DNA of 64,000 nt from Lacunisphaera sp. (GCA_029945855.1 JAQSDJ010000324.1:40101-104100), one strand, 5' to 3'. Counted from the stretch's first letter, positions 29,415 to 40,019 are shown. The notes: generated by a model from the sequence alone, not told the origin. A program made the numbers and translations.

Positions 29415-32078
29415 TCACCAATCCTTCGAGAGGCGAACGTAGACGAACGCCGGTTCCACCCAGTTGGTGTTTTCGTTGACCAGCTTGCTGTCGGAGAGAT
29501 CGATCGGCGGCACATCGTTCAGGACATTGCGCACGCCCACGGTGATCGTGCTGCGCTTCCAGCCCTTGAACGCCACCTGCGGACTGAGGATCCACTGGCC
29601 CTTGATGCGGGCGACCTGGAAGTTGTCATTGTAGGGCCCGATGTAGTTCGCATACAGCGCGGCCGACCAGTCGCCCTTGTTCCAGGCGAGCGTGGCGCTG
29701 CCGCGGAACTGCGGGAAGCTGTATTCGCCATCGAGGTCGATCAGGTTGCCCTGGGCGTCCGTGATGTCCTGGTTGTCAACATAGGTGGCGGAGAAGTCGG
29801 CGCGAAACTGTCCCCACCGGTTGCGCGGCAGCACCCAGCGGACGTTGAAGTCGTAGCCCTCGTAATTGCCCTCGCTCAGGTTCTGCCAGGTCGTGAGCAC
29901 GCCGCTGATGGTGCCGACGGTCTCGCCCGGCGTCGGGGTGTTGCGCACCACGAGATGGGCGAAGCCCGGATTGGCCAGGATCTGCGCGGCGGTCAGGCGG
30001 TTGATCAGGTTCGACTGCTCGAACTTGAAGAAATCCGTGCTGAGGGAGAGCTCGCGGAAGATACTGTCCTTCTGCCGGGCGAAGGGCTGCAGGACGAGGC
30101 CGCCGTAGATCACCTTGGTTTCTTCGGGCTGCAGGTTGACATTGCCGCCGCCAAACTGGCGGATCTGCGTGCGCGGATCGTTCGGCCGGAGCGGATCCGC
30201 GAGGGTGTTGGACGTGAAGCTCGTGCTCACGCTCGTGTAGAGGAACGACAGGTTGGGTGCGAGGAACGACTCGCCGTAGGAGCCGCGGATCAGCACCTCC
30301 GGGATCGGCCGGAAGATCGCGGCGAATTTCGGCTTGGTGGTGGTCCCGAAGTCGCTGTAATCCTCGTGGCGGGCGGCGATCTGAAACTCCAGGGAAACAT
30401 TCCCCTGCTTGTAAGCCGGGATGGCGAGCTCCGCGTAATAGGACTTGAGCCGGCGGTCGCCAAACGTGTCCGAACCGGCGCCGCCCCCGACGAGCTGGCT
30501 GTCGCGGTTCAGTTGCGTGCCCACGTTCTCCATGCGCTCCGTGCGCAGTTCCGCGCCCACCGCCAGGCTCAGCTCGCCGGCCGGCAGGGTGAAGAGCGGG
30601 CCGGAGGCGCTCAGGTCGGCGGACCGCACCTCGAACTCATCGTGGTTGGGATTCGTGATGCGGAGGTAGTTGATGATGTCCGGATCGTTCGGCCCGAACG
30701 GATTGGCATACTTGACCACGCCGTTCAACAGCACCCCGTTGAAGGCGTTCTGCACGAGCCGGTCGGAGCTGGAGTTGCGATCGAGCTGGTCGATGGTGTT
30801 CTTGGAGAAAAGGAGCGCTCCCGTCCACGTCCACTCGGAGCCGGGGATCTTGCCGTCGAAACCCGCGACCATGCGCGGCGAGTCCGACGTGGTGTCCTTG
30901 ATGCGGCGGCCCAGCTCGGACATGCGCCAGCGGAGATCGACGATGTTCTGGCCAAAAGGATTGTAGGGATTGTGCGCCGGAAACAAGCCGGTGCCGCCCG
31001 GTGCGTCACCGATCTCCTGCGAAGAGCTGTAGGGCGTAGCGGCCGCGTCGATGTCGATCTCCGACCGGCGGAAGGAAAGATCGATGAACCCGGTGAGGTT
31101 CTCGTTGTAGTCATAGGTCGCCCGCGTATAAAAGCCGAAGGCGCGTTCCGTCGGGGTGAAGCCGACATCCTCCTGAAAGTTGTAGAGCGGGGTGATGTTC
31201 ACGGCGTTGGCCAGGGCCGGATTGGTCTGGGGGGTGCGGAAGGACGCCCGGCCGTTGGCAAACTGCGGCAAACCCACCAGGCCGCGCACGCCGGCGATGG
31301 GCGTCGACGTGCTCCGCTGGTCGAAACCGCCGTAAGGCGTTCCGTCCGACTCGTCGGTGTAGTCGAGATCGCTGCCGCTGATGGCGGCCCGATCCCGGTA
31401 ATCAAAGGTCGTGATCAGCGAGAGCTTGCCCGCCTGGGTGCCGAGGATGAGGAAGATTGATTTCTCCGCCGAGTCCGTGTTCAGCGTGTTGCCAAACGAC
31501 ATCTCCGTGGTGGCGCCGGTGTAGTTCCGCTTCAGGTTGACGTTGATCACGCCGGCCACGGCATCGGAACCATAGATGGCCGAGGCTCCGTCCTTGAGCA
31601 CCTCGATGGAGTCGAGGGCGGCCGTCGGGATGCTGTTGAAATCGAACACCGTCTGGAAACCGTTGAAACCGGACGAGGCGTAGGGGGCGGCGCGACGGCC
31701 GTTGATGAGCACCAGGGTGTTGTTGTTGCCCAGTCCGCGCAGGTTGAAGGAACTGAGGCCGGGGGTGAAACTGGTGCCGGCATCCGTGGAGACCAGCGAC
31801 TGACCGCTGATTGAAGGCATGGCCCGCATCGCGTCACCCAGCGTGGTGAATCCGGTGGCCTTGAAATCGGCCTCGCTGATGCGCACGACGGGCTGGGGCG
31901 TTTCGGCGTCGATGCGCTTGATGCGGGAACCCGTGACGGAAAAGGTCTCGAGTTTCAGTTTCTCGGCGGCCGCCTCTTCCGAGGTCTGGGCCAATGCGGC
32001 GGTGGCCGCGAATACTGTCAGGGAGCGCGCGAGCAGTCGCGCCAGTCCCCGGATACGGGGAGTGCGGTTTGAGTTCAT
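29415..32078 (-). CDS. TonB-dependent receptor (type B)
   Basis: KLETFSVTGSRIKR, plug NLRGLG..LINGRR..LKDGASAIYGSDAVAGV, C-terminal SKDW. Confidence 0.95.
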   Translation of the reverse strand: MNSNRTPRIRGLARLLARSLTVFAATAALAQTSEEAAAEKLKLETFSVTGSRIKRIDAETPQPVVRISEADFKATGFTTLGDAMRAMPSISGQSLVSTDAGTSFTPGLSSFNLRGLGNNNTLVLINGRRAAPYASSGFNGFQTVFDFNSIPTAALDSIEVLKDGASAIYGSDAVAGVINVNLKRNYTGATTEMSFGNTLNTDSAEKSIFLILGTQAGKLSLITTFDYRDRAAISGSDLDYTDESDGTPYGGFDQRSTSTPIAGVRGLVGLPQFANGRASFRTPQTNPALANAVNITPLYNFQEDVGFTPTERAFGFYTRATYDYNENLTGFIDLSFRRSEIDIDAAATPYSSSQEIGDAPGGTGLFPAHNPYNPFGQNIVDLRWRMSELGRRIKDTTSDSPRMVAGFDGKIPGSEWTWTGALLFSKNTIDQLDRNSSSDRLVQNAFNGVLLNGVVKYANPFGPNDPDIINYLRITNPNHDEFEVRSADLSASGPLFTLPAGELSLAVGAELRTERMENVGTQLNRDSQLVGGGAGSDTFGDRRLKSYYAELAIPAYKQGNVSLEFQIAARHEDYSDFGTTTKPKFAAIFRPIPEVLIRGSYGESFLAPNLSFLYTSVSTSFTSNTLADPLRPNDPRTQIRQFGGGNVNLQPEETKVIYGGLVLQPFARQKDSIFRELSLSTDFFKFEQSNLINRLTAAQILANPGFAHLVVRNTPTPGETVGTISGVLTTWQNLSEGNYEGYDFNVRWVLPRNRWGQFRADFSATYVDNQDITDAQGNLIDLDGEYSFPQFRGSATLAWNKGDWSAALYANYIGPYNDNFQVARIKGQWILSPQVAFKGWKRSTITVGVRNVLNDVPPIDLSDSKLVNENTNWVEPAFVYVRLSKDW

Positions 32079-32155
32079 GCGTTGCTTGGGTGTTGGGAGC
32101 CGGGCCGGTAAATCCGCCCTGCTTATGGCCTCAAGTTGTCGCCCAATGCGCCGCG

Positions 32156-32242
32156 GGCTCAATGGCCGTGCGACCATGCTACAACCACGCGATTTCAGCC
32201 GCATGCGACGGCGACCGGAACGCCATCCGGCCGCGATGAAGC
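32156..32242 (-). promoter_or_regulatory. 87-bp regulatory module upstream of TBDR 2
   Basis: Second copy of the module at 29192-29278, about 80 nt upstream of the ATG in both cases. Confidence 0.75.
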
Positions 32243-32261
32243 TCAAAAAAATCAGCCCAGC

Positions 32262-33062
32262 CTACAAATGCGCCTTGAGATCATGCACGAAGGTGCGGCT
32301 GACCTTCAGTTTGGCGCCATTCGTCAGCTCCACCGTGTATTCGCCATAAAGCGCGGGGCTGGCCTTCTTCATGTGCCGGAGGTTGACGATCGTCGAACGG
32401 TGGATGCGCACAAAATGCGCCGGGTCGAGCTTCTCCAGCATCCGGTGCAGCGACATGCGGACGAAGCGCGACTTGTCGGTCGAGTGCAACCGCACGTAGT
32501 CGCCGTCCGACTCGATCCACAGGATGTCCCCGGGGGCCATCACGTGGATCTCGCCGTCGCAGCGGATGAAGAGGCGGCCGTCGCCCTCGCGCGGCTTGGG
32601 GGCGGCCTCCGCATCGGCGCGCAGGCGCTGCATCGCCGCCATGACCTCGTCGAGCCGCCGGGCCAACCCCTGGCGATCGTGGTCGCGCACCGCGGCCTTG
32701 GCCCGGCTCAGCGCCTCGGCGAAGCGGGCGCGGTGGAAGGGCTTGAGCACATAATCCACCGCCTGCACCTCGAAGGCCCGCAGCGCGAAATGATCATAGG
32801 CGGTGACGAACACGACGTGGGGCAGCAGCTTGGCGGGAATTTTTCCCAGCACATCGAAGCCGGTCAGGCCGGGCATCTGCACGTCGAGAAAGAGGAGGTC
32901 GGGCTGGAGCTGCTTGATGGCTTCGACCGCCTGGGCACCGGTGCCACACTGGGCGACGATCTGGATCTCGGGGTCGGACTTGAGCAGGGCCTCGACGTTT
33001 TCGCGGGCGAGCACCTCGTCGTCGACGATGAGGGTGCGAATGGTGGCAGTTGTGGTGTTCAT
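32262..33062 (-). CDS. LytTR-family response regulator
   Basis: LIVDDE..LFLDVQMPG..FVTAYD..VLKP receiver; FVRIHRSTIVN LytTR domain. Confidence 0.96.
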   Translation of the reverse strand: MNTTTATIRTLIVDDEVLARENVEALLKSDPEIQIVAQCGTGAQAVEAIKQLQPDLLFLDVQMPGLTGFDVLGKIPAKLLPHVVFVTAYDHFALRAFEVQAVDYVLKPFHRARFAEALSRAKAAVRDHDRQGLARRLDEVMAAMQRLRADAEAAPKPREGDGRLFIRCDGEIHVMAPGDILWIESDGDYVRLHSTDKSRFVRMSLHRMLEKLDPAHFVRIHRSTIVNLRHMKKASPALYGEYTVELTNGAKLKVSRTFVHDLKAHL

Positions 33063-34198
33063 GGGGAAACGGTCTGGAAAGGCAGGATGATCTCGGCGCG
33101 CACGCCGTGCGGGGCTTGGTCGCGCAGCCGGAGGCGGGCGTCGTCGCCATAAAGCATCTGCAACCGGGTGACCGTGCTCTGCACGCCGATGCCACGGGCG
33201 AGCTCGGCGTCATCCTTCGGCAGCGGCGGCCCGTCGTTGTAGACGGTCAGGAGCAGGCGCGTGCCGTCGCGGGCCGCGCTGATGCGCAGGACGCGGGCGG
33301 CGGGATCCTTGGAAATGCCATGCTTCATGGCATTCTCCACCAGCGGCTGCAGGATCAGGCCCGGCACCTGGGCGGCCAGGCACTGCGGCGCGATGTCGAA
33401 CTCGACCCGCAGGCGGTCCTGGAAGCGGATGCTCTCGATGTCGAGATAGCGGTGGAGGAATTCCAGCTCGTGCTCGAGGGTCACGCGGGCCTCCTGCTTG
33501 TGGTCGAGCGAGCGGCGCAGCAGCTCCCCCAGCCCGGCGACCACATCCTCGGCCTCGCGGGTGCGATGGTTGCGGATCAGGCTGGTGATGGAGTTGAGCG
33601 TGTTGAACAGGAAATGCGGATGCAGCTGCATCTTCAGGGCGTCGAGGCTGGCGCGCACCAGCCGGGTCTCGAGCTGGGCATTGGCGACCCGCAAGGCGCC
33701 GGTCAGCCGCTGGCCGGCCCGCCACTCCCGATAAAAGCTGAAGGCATACAGGGCGAAGATCAGGAGCAGATAGACGAGGGCCGGCGTATAGTTCCAGCCT
33801 CCCAGCCAGCGTAGATCCTGCACCATCACGGGCAGGTAGCCGGCCGGCAGGTGGTTCGCCAGCAGCATCCGGCCACCGGCCAGAATGATGAACAGGCCGG
33901 TGATGAGCACCGCCGTGAGCCCGTGTAAGATGACCGCCCAGGGCCAGCGTCGGTCCACCAACGACAGATTTTTCTGCAGCCACAGGCCGGCCGGAACCAG
34001 CACCCACCAGAGGGCCGACAGCGGCCAGCTGTTCAGCTTGGTGTCGCGAAAACTGGCCTGGGGCTCGCCGGCCAGCCAGGGCCAGGCATCCCCCAGCAGG
34101 ACCGCGCCCAAGCCGATGGTGCCCGCCAGCCAGACCGAAAGCCAGATCCGCCCGTCGCGCCACCAAAGGACCGGGTCGATGCTGTCGCCGTTGGTCAT
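33059..34198 (-). CDS. LytS/YehU-type membrane histidine kinase
   Basis: Several TM helices, LKMQLHPHFLFNTLNSI, LQPLVENAMKHG; ATGA overlaps at both ends. Confidence 0.93.
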   Translation of the reverse strand: MTNGDSIDPVLWWRDGRIWLSVWLAGTIGLGAVLLGDAWPWLAGEPQASFRDTKLNSWPLSALWWVLVPAGLWLQKNLSLVDRRWPWAVILHGLTAVLITGLFIILAGGRMLLANHLPAGYLPVMVQDLRWLGGWNYTPALVYLLLIFALYAFSFYREWRAGQRLTGALRVANAQLETRLVRASLDALKMQLHPHFLFNTLNSITSLIRNHRTREAEDVVAGLGELLRRSLDHKQEARVTLEHELEFLHRYLDIESIRFQDRLRVEFDIAPQCLAAQVPGLILQPLVENAMKHGISKDPAARVLRISAARDGTRLLLTVYNDGPPLPKDDAELARGIGVQSTVTRLQMLYGDDARLRLRDQAPHGVRAEIILPFQTVSP

Positions 34199-35847
34199 AG
34201 CCGGGGGCCCGGATTGGAGTTCATCGTCGCGGTCGTTTCCAGCCGGAGTCGTTTGAGCGACTGGCGGGCCAGCGGGTCGGCATACCAACCCTGCACCTCG
34301 GCGGCCAGCAGGGCTTGTCTTTGCTCGAACATCATCGGCACCGCCGGCACGGCCTCCATGGCCAGCCTCTCCGCCTTTTCCAGCAGACTGAGCCGCTCGG
34401 CCCCGGTCTTGCGGTTGGCTTCGTTCATGAGCCGGGCAAACTCCTTGTCGCTCCACTTGGTCTCGCTGTATTCGGCCGGCCAGAGGAAACCGCTCAGCAG
34501 GTCGCCGGCATCCGGGACGGTGGCGATCAGGTTGCCATAGAGCACATCGTATTCGCCGATGGGGGTCATGCGTTGGGCCCGCACGGAGGCCGGTTCGTAG
34601 ATGATATGGGTGCGCACCCCGAGTTCCCGATACCAGCGTTCGGTCCAGTCGGGGGGATAGGGATCCGGCTTCATCCAGAGCGGCAGCGACATTTCCAAGA
34701 TCGGAAACCCCCGGCCAGCCGGGTATCCCGCGTCCGCCAGCAGACGCCGCGCCTCCTCGCCATCCTCCCGCAACAGCACCAATCCGGTGCGACCGGGCAT
34801 GTCCGGCACCCAAGACCAGGCCGGCGTCATCCGGCCGGGATTGAACCTGGCAATGGGACCCGCGCGGTCCAGCGCCAGCGCCAGCGCCTGGCGCACCCGG
34901 ACATCCCGCAAGGGTCCGCGGTTCACGTTGAAAGCGATCGAATTCACCGCCAGCACCAACTCGGTCTCTTTGCGAACCGCACGGTTGGTGGGCGACGGCC
35001 GGTCCTCCCCTAGCGCAGGCGAGACCACGTCCACCACCCCCGCCGCCAGCAGCAATGGCGCCACCGACGTGTTCGCCCGGATGAAACGAACGCCCGCGAG
35101 CCGGACTTCGGCGCGGCCATGATAATACGGGGAGGCCTGCAGGCGGTAGCCCGTGGCATTGGCTTCGCGCAGGCAGAACGGGCCGTTGGTCACCAGGCTC
35201 CCCGGATCGTCGACATAGGCGTTGCCGGCCAGGGCCTGCGCGCCGTCACGATGCAAGGGGGCCAGCAACGGGTCGGCCAGTTCCGCCACCAAGGTGGACC
35301 GGACCTGGGCCAGCTCCAACCGCAGGGTGAGCAGGTCGATCGCCTTCACCCCGATTTGCTCGGGATCCGTCATGGTCTGCCGGTGGAAGGCCTCGGCGTT
35401 CTTGAGCGCGAACAGCGTCTGGGCCACATCCATGCGCTGGCGCAACAACCGCCGCCAGCCGCGCTCGAAGTCCTGCGCTGTCACCGCGTCCCCGTTGCTC
35501 CAGCGCGCGTCGGCCCGCAGCTTCAGGGTCAGCGCCAAGCGGTCCGGTGACCACGACCAGCTCTCCGCCGCTGCCGGCCGCGGCTCGCCCGTGGCCGGAT
35601 CGCATTCCACCAAGGGCTCCCACAGGCAGAGGATGAAATGATTGTGCGCCGAGACCGGAAAGGTCCGCTGATGCGGGTCGGGCAGCAGTTTCTGGGCATA
35701 GGCGACCCGCAGCACGTCGGCCTCCTCCGGAGGACGCGGCAAGACCGGTAGCGACTGTCTCGGCCCCAGAAAAATCATCGCCATCAACCCGCCCAGCGAC
35801 AGCAAAGCCAGGCTGATCCACCAATGGAGGCGGGGGGTCGTAGTCAT
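34195..35847 (-). CDS. OppA-like family 5 solute-binding protein, N-terminal membrane anchor
   Basis: LWEPLVECD..PAAAESWSWS..LKLRADARWSNGDAVTAQDF signature; RVRQALALALDR; no lipobox seen. Confidence 0.9.
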   Translation of the reverse strand: MTTTPRLHWWISLALLSLGGLMAMIFLGPRQSLPVLPRPPEEADVLRVAYAQKLLPDPHQRTFPVSAHNHFILCLWEPLVECDPATGEPRPAAAESWSWSPDRLALTLKLRADARWSNGDAVTAQDFERGWRRLLRQRMDVAQTLFALKNAEAFHRQTMTDPEQIGVKAIDLLTLRLELAQVRSTLVAELADPLLAPLHRDGAQALAGNAYVDDPGSLVTNGPFCLREANATGYRLQASPYYHGRAEVRLAGVRFIRANTSVAPLLLAAGVVDVVSPALGEDRPSPTNRAVRKETELVLAVNSIAFNVNRGPLRDVRVRQALALALDRAGPIARFNPGRMTPAWSWVPDMPGRTGLVLLREDGEEARRLLADAGYPAGRGFPILEMSLPLWMKPDPYPPDWTERWYRELGVRTHIIYEPASVRAQRMTPIGEYDVLYGNLIATVPDAGDLLSGFLWPAEYSETKWSDKEFARLMNEANRKTGAERLSLLEKAERLAMEAVPAVPMMFEQRQALLAAEVQGWYADPLARQSLKRLRLETTATMNSNPGPRL

Positions 35848-36018
35848 GGTGTTACGCCGGTAGTAATCCCGGTTCCCGAGCCAAGGCAATGCGCCGTTGC
35901 ACCACAACCCGGGTGCGCTCCGGCTCCACGCCGGCGCGACGAAGCGCCAAAAACGAGCGCCCAGACCCACCGTGGCGGTGTGACTGGGCGCGAACTTTCG
36001 CCGATCCGGCGCGGGGAC

Positions 36019-37245
36019 TTAGGTTTTCGGGCCGCCCTGGGCGTAGTAGCGCGCGCGGAGGCGCAGGCCGTTCAGCCGGATGAAGCCGGTCGAGTCGCTC
36101 TGGTTATACCAGCTCTTCACGCCTTCCATCGACGCGATCTTCATGTCGTAGAGCGAATACTTCGACTTGCGGCCGCAGGTGATGATGTTGCCCTTGTAAA
36201 GCTTCAGCCGGACGGTGCCGGCGACGTGCTTCTGCGACTCGTCGATGAGGGCCTGCAGCGCCTCGCGTTCGGGGGCGAACCAGAACCCGTAATAGACCAG
36301 CTCGGCGTATTTCGGGATCAGCGAGTCGCGCAGGTGCATGACCTCGCGGTCCATGGTCAGCGACTCCACCTGGCGGTGCGCCTGCATGAGGATGGTGCCG
36401 CCGGGGGTCTCGTAGACGCCGCGCGACTTCATGCCGACGAAGCGGTTCTCGACGAGGTCCACGCGACCGATGCCGTGCTTGCCGCCGAGTTTGTTCAGCG
36501 CCTTCAGCACGCCGGCGGGAGAAAGCTTCTGGCCGTTCACCGCCACGCAGTTGCCCTGCACGAAATCGAGCTCGACGTATTCGGCCTTGTTGGGCGCGTC
36601 CTCGGGCGAGACGGAAAGCTTGAACATGCCCTTGTTCGCCTGGGTGGTCGGATCGAACCACGGATCCTCCAGGATGCCGGCCTCATAGGAGATGTGCAGG
36701 AGATTCCGGTCCATCGAATACGGCTTCTTGAGCGAGGCCTCGACGGGGATGCGGTGCGCGCGGCAATACTCGATCATCTCGGCGCGGCCGGGAAATTCCT
36801 CGCGGAACTTGTCGATCTTCCACGGGGCGACGATCGAGAGGCCGGGCGCGAGGGCCATGTAGGTCAGCTCGAAGCGGCACTGGTCGTTGCCCTTGCCGGT
36901 GGCGCCATGGGCGACCGTGTCGGCTTTTTCCTTCCGGGCGATGTCGATCTGCGCCTTGGCGATGAGCGGCCGGGCGATCGAGGTGCCAAGATAATACTGG
37001 CCCTCGTAAATGGCATTGGCCCGGATCATCGGGTAGATGAAGTCGCGGGCGAATTCCTCGACCAGATCGAGGGTGTAATGCTTCGAGGCCCCGGTCTTTT
37101 TGGCCTTGGCGGGCAACCCTTTAAGCTCCTCCTCCTGACCGATATCCGCGGCGAAGGTGACGATCTCGGCGTCGTAAGTTTCCTTGAGCCATTTAAGTAT
37201 GACGGAGGTGTCCAGACCTCCTGAGTAGGCGAGCACGATCTTCAT
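36019..37245 (-). CDS. argG: Argininosuccinate synthase
   Basis: [48 protein letters not shown]. Confidence 0.99.
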   Translation of the reverse strand: MKIVLAYSGGLDTSVILKWLKETYDAEIVTFAADIGQEEELKGLPAKAKKTGASKHYTLDLVEEFARDFIYPMIRANAIYEGQYYLGTSIARPLIAKAQIDIARKEKADTVAHGATGKGNDQCRFELTYMALAPGLSIVAPWKIDKFREEFPGRAEMIEYCRAHRIPVEASLKKPYSMDRNLLHISYEAGILEDPWFDPTTQANKGMFKLSVSPEDAPNKAEYVELDFVQGNCVAVNGQKLSPAGVLKALNKLGGKHGIGRVDLVENRFVGMKSRGVYETPGGTILMQAHRQVESLTMDREVMHLRDSLIPKYAELVYYGFWFAPEREALQALIDESQKHVAGTVRLKLYKGNIITCGRKSKYSLYDMKIASMEGVKSWYNQSDSTGFIRLNGLRLRARYYAQGGPKT

Positions 37246-37365
37246 GGTGAGGCGGAAGTGTTGATATTCGCGGTATCCGCGCAAAGTAAAAAACGGGTAT
37301 TTACGTCCTAATTCCTCCTCGGGAATTGCCTTTTGCCCCGTGGTTGCGAACATCCGGGCATACGC

Positions 37366-37848
37366 ATGAGGCGCACCCAACAGCGGTTCGGTCCCTCTAC
37401 CACGCCGGGATTCACCCTCGTGGAAATCATGATCGTCGTGGTCATCATCGGCCTGCTGGCCGCGCTCGCCATCCCGGCTTTTCAACGAGTGCGCATGGCT
37501 TCGGAAAACAGCCGCATCGCGAATGATTACCGGATCTTCGCCCAGGCGTTCGAAATCTACAACACGCAGAACGGCGGTTGGCCGGCCAATGTCGGCCCCG
37601 GGGTCATCCCGCCGGGCATGGCGGGTGATTTCAAGGCCGACGTCTGGCAGAAGGCGACCGCCGTCGGCGGCCGTTGGAACTGGGACAAGGGCCTCAACGG
37701 CTTCACCGCCTGCATCTCCATTTCCACCTTCACCTGCCCGGATTCGCAACTGATCGCGATCGACGCGAAGCTGGACGACGGCGATCTCAACACCGGGAAT
37801 TTCCGGAAAACCCAGCCGACCCGGGTGAGCCTGATTTTAGAGGAATAG
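37366..37848 (+). CDS. Type IV pilin / pseudopilin
   Basis: Prepilin cleavage motif [25 protein letters not shown]. Confidence 0.92.
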   Translation: MRRTQQRFGPSTTPGFTLVEIMIVVVIIGLLAALAIPAFQRVRMASENSRIANDYRIFAQAFEIYNTQNGGWPANVGPGVIPPGMAGDFKADVWQKATAVGGRWNWDKGLNGFTACISISTFTCPDSQLIAIDAKLDDGDLNTGNFRKTQPTRVSLILEE

Positions 37849-37854
37849 GCGGGC

Positions 37855-38790
37855 TCAGGCGCGATGGCGGGCGAGCATGGCGAGGATGGCCTTCTGGACG
37901 TGCAGGCGGTTTTCCGCCTCGTCGAAGATCACGCACCGCGGATGGTCGAGCACCGCCTGCGTCACTTCCTCGCCGGCATGGGCCGGCAGGCAGTGCATGA
38001 AAAGCGCATCCGGTTCCGCCGCGGCAAAAAGCTTGGCCGTCACCTGGAAAGGCAGGAGCCGCTGGCGCCGCTCCGCCGCCTCGCTCTCCTGCCCCATGCT
38101 GGTCCACACATCCGTGTAGACGAGGTCGGCGCCGGCGACCGCCTCATAGGGGTCGCTGGTGAAATGGAAACTGCCGCCCGCCTGCGCCGCCAGCGCACGG
38201 ATCTCCGGGCCGGGTGCGGCACCGGCCGGCCCCCCCAGGGAAACCTTCAGGCCGAACAGGGCCGAGCCCAAAATCCAGGAGTTCGCCATGTTGAAGCCGG
38301 TGTCGCCGAGGAACGCCACCTTGCGCCCCGCAAGCGAGGCCAGCAGGTCGCCCGACGGTCCGGCCCACCGCTCCGCGGCGGTGAAAACGTCCGTGTAGAT
38401 CTGGCAGGGATGGAGAAAATCGGTCAGCGCATTCACCACCGGCAGGCCGCCGTGCGCCGCCAGTTCCTCCACGTCGGCTTGCGCGTAGGTGCGGACCACA
38501 AGGCCGTGCACAAAGCGCGCCAGCACCTTGGCCGTGTCCGCGATGGTCTCGCCGCGACCGATCTGGATGTCGTTGGTGTTGAGAAAAAGCGGATTGCCCC
38601 CGAGCTCGTGGATGCCGACCTCGAACGACACGCGGGTGCGCGTGCTCGATTTCGCGAAGATCATCGCCCAAGTCTGGCCGGCGAGCGGTTGTTCGTGCCC
38701 GCCGCGCCGCTGCTTGAAGTGCCGCGCCAGCGCCAGGATTTCCGCCGCCTCGGCGCGGGAAAAATCGGTCTCCTTGAGAAAATGCCTCAT
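37855..38790 (-). CDS. argF: Ornithine carbamoyltransferase
   Basis: KSSTRTRVSFE, HPCQ, YTDVWTSMG, FMHCLPA. Confidence 0.97.
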   Translation of the reverse strand: MRHFLKETDFSRAEAAEILALARHFKQRRGGHEQPLAGQTWAMIFAKSSTRTRVSFEVGIHELGGNPLFLNTNDIQIGRGETIADTAKVLARFVHGLVVRTYAQADVEELAAHGGLPVVNALTDFLHPCQIYTDVFTAAERWAGPSGDLLASLAGRKVAFLGDTGFNMANSWILGSALFGLKVSLGGPAGAAPGPEIRALAAQAGGSFHFTSDPYEAVAGADLVYTDVWTSMGQESEAAERRQRLLPFQVTAKLFAAAEPDALFMHCLPAHAGEEVTQAVLDHPRCVIFDEAENRLHVQKAILAMLARHRA

Positions 38791-40019
38791 GATGCGGCGG
38801 ATTGATTTTTCCTGGCCAGAACCGACCGGATGATGGCCGTGGCCCGGTCGAGGTGCTCCTGGGTGGCGATCAATGGCGGCAGCAGGCGGATGGTGTTGGT
38901 CCCGGCGGACGGCGCCAGCAGGCCCGCCTCCCGCAAGGCCGTGATATAGGCCGGAGGTTCGCCGTGCATCAGGAGCCCGAGCATGTAGCCCCGGCCCGTG
39001 ACCGCCTTCACCTGTTGCGGGAAATCCGTGACGAGCCGGTCCAGCTCGGCTTTCCACGCCGCGCCGTTGGCCTGCACCTTCTGGAGGATGTTGTCCCGCT
39101 CGAAGACATCGAGCACCGCCAGCGCCGCCGCGCACGCCAGCGGCGTGCCGCCGAAGGTCGAGCCGTGCGAGCCAGGCGTGAAGAGTTCGGCGTGCTTCTC
39201 GGCCGCCCAGATCGCGCCCATGGGATAGCCCCCGCCGAGGCCCTTGGCCATGCCGATGGCGTCGGCCCGCACGCCCGAGTGCTGGAACGCATAAAAGGTC
39301 CCCGTGCGGCCAAGGCCGCACTGCACCTCGTCGAGCATGAGCAGGAGGTTGTGCTGGTCACACAACTGCCGCAGCCCCCAGAGGAATTCATCGGTGCAGG
39401 GCGTGATGCCGCCCTCGCCCTGGATGGTTTCCAGGAAAATCGCCGCGGTGTCCTCATCCACGAGGTCGGCAAAGCTCTGCAGGTTGTTCAGTTCGCCGAA
39501 AGCGAAGCCGGGCAGCATCGGCCGGAAACCCTTCTGGATCTTCTCCTGCGGCGTGGCGCTCATGCCGCCGAAAGTGCGGCCGTGAAACGCGTTTTTCGCG
39601 CAGATGATCTTGAAGCACTTGCCTTCCGCCCCGGCCTTGCGGACGCCGTGCAGCCGGGCGAGCTTGATGAGGCCCTCGTTGGCCTCGGTGCCGCTGTTGC
39701 AGAAGAAGACCCGGCCCGGGCCGGCCCGCTGCACGAGGCGGCGCGCCAGCTCGCCCTGGTTCGGATTGCGGAAGAGATTGCTGCAGTGGATCAGCTCTCC
39801 GGCCTGCCGGCGGATGGCCTCGACCCACACCGGATGGCAGTGTCCGAGCGCCGCCACGGCCACGCCGGACGTGAAGTCAAGATACTCCCGGCCGGTGTCG
39901 TCCCACACCGAGACGCCCTGCCCGCGCACGATCGTGAGCGGCGGACGGCCGTAGTTCTTCATGACATAGGCGTCGTAAAGCTCGGCGGTGTTGGTGCGGA
40001 CGATGGAGGGCTGGCTCAT
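38787..40019 (-). CDS. argD: Acetylornithine aminotransferase
   Basis: FCNSGTEANE, FHGRT, IQGEGG, DEVQCGLGRTG, MAKGLGGG, HGSTFGG; arg-operon context. Confidence 0.93.
   Translation of the reverse strand: MSQPSIVRTNTAELYDAYVMKNYGRPPLTIVRGQGVSVWDDTGREYLDFTSGVAVAALGHCHPVWVEAIRRQAGELIHCSNLFRNPNQGELARRLVQRAGPGRVFFCNSGTEANEGLIKLARLHGVRKAGAEGKCFKIICAKNAFHGRTFGGMSATPQEKIQKGFRPMLPGFAFGELNNLQSFADLVDEDTAAIFLETIQGEGGITPCTDEFLWGLRQLCDQHNLLLMLDEVQCGLGRTGTFYAFQHSGVRADAIGMAKGLGGGYPMGAIWAAEKHAELFTPGSHGSTFGGTPLACAAALAVLDVFERDNILQKVQANGAAWKAELDRLVTDFPQQVKAVTGRGYMLGLLMHGEPPAYITALREAGLLAPSAGTNTIRLLPPLIATQEHLDRATAIIRSVLARKNQSAAS

Noticed and set aside
33059-34813. 584-aa version of the LytS-like kinase and other long N-terminal extensions in the ORF track
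   Set aside because: The extensions overlap neighbouring real genes; downstream ATGs give ATGA coupling and family-typical N-termini.
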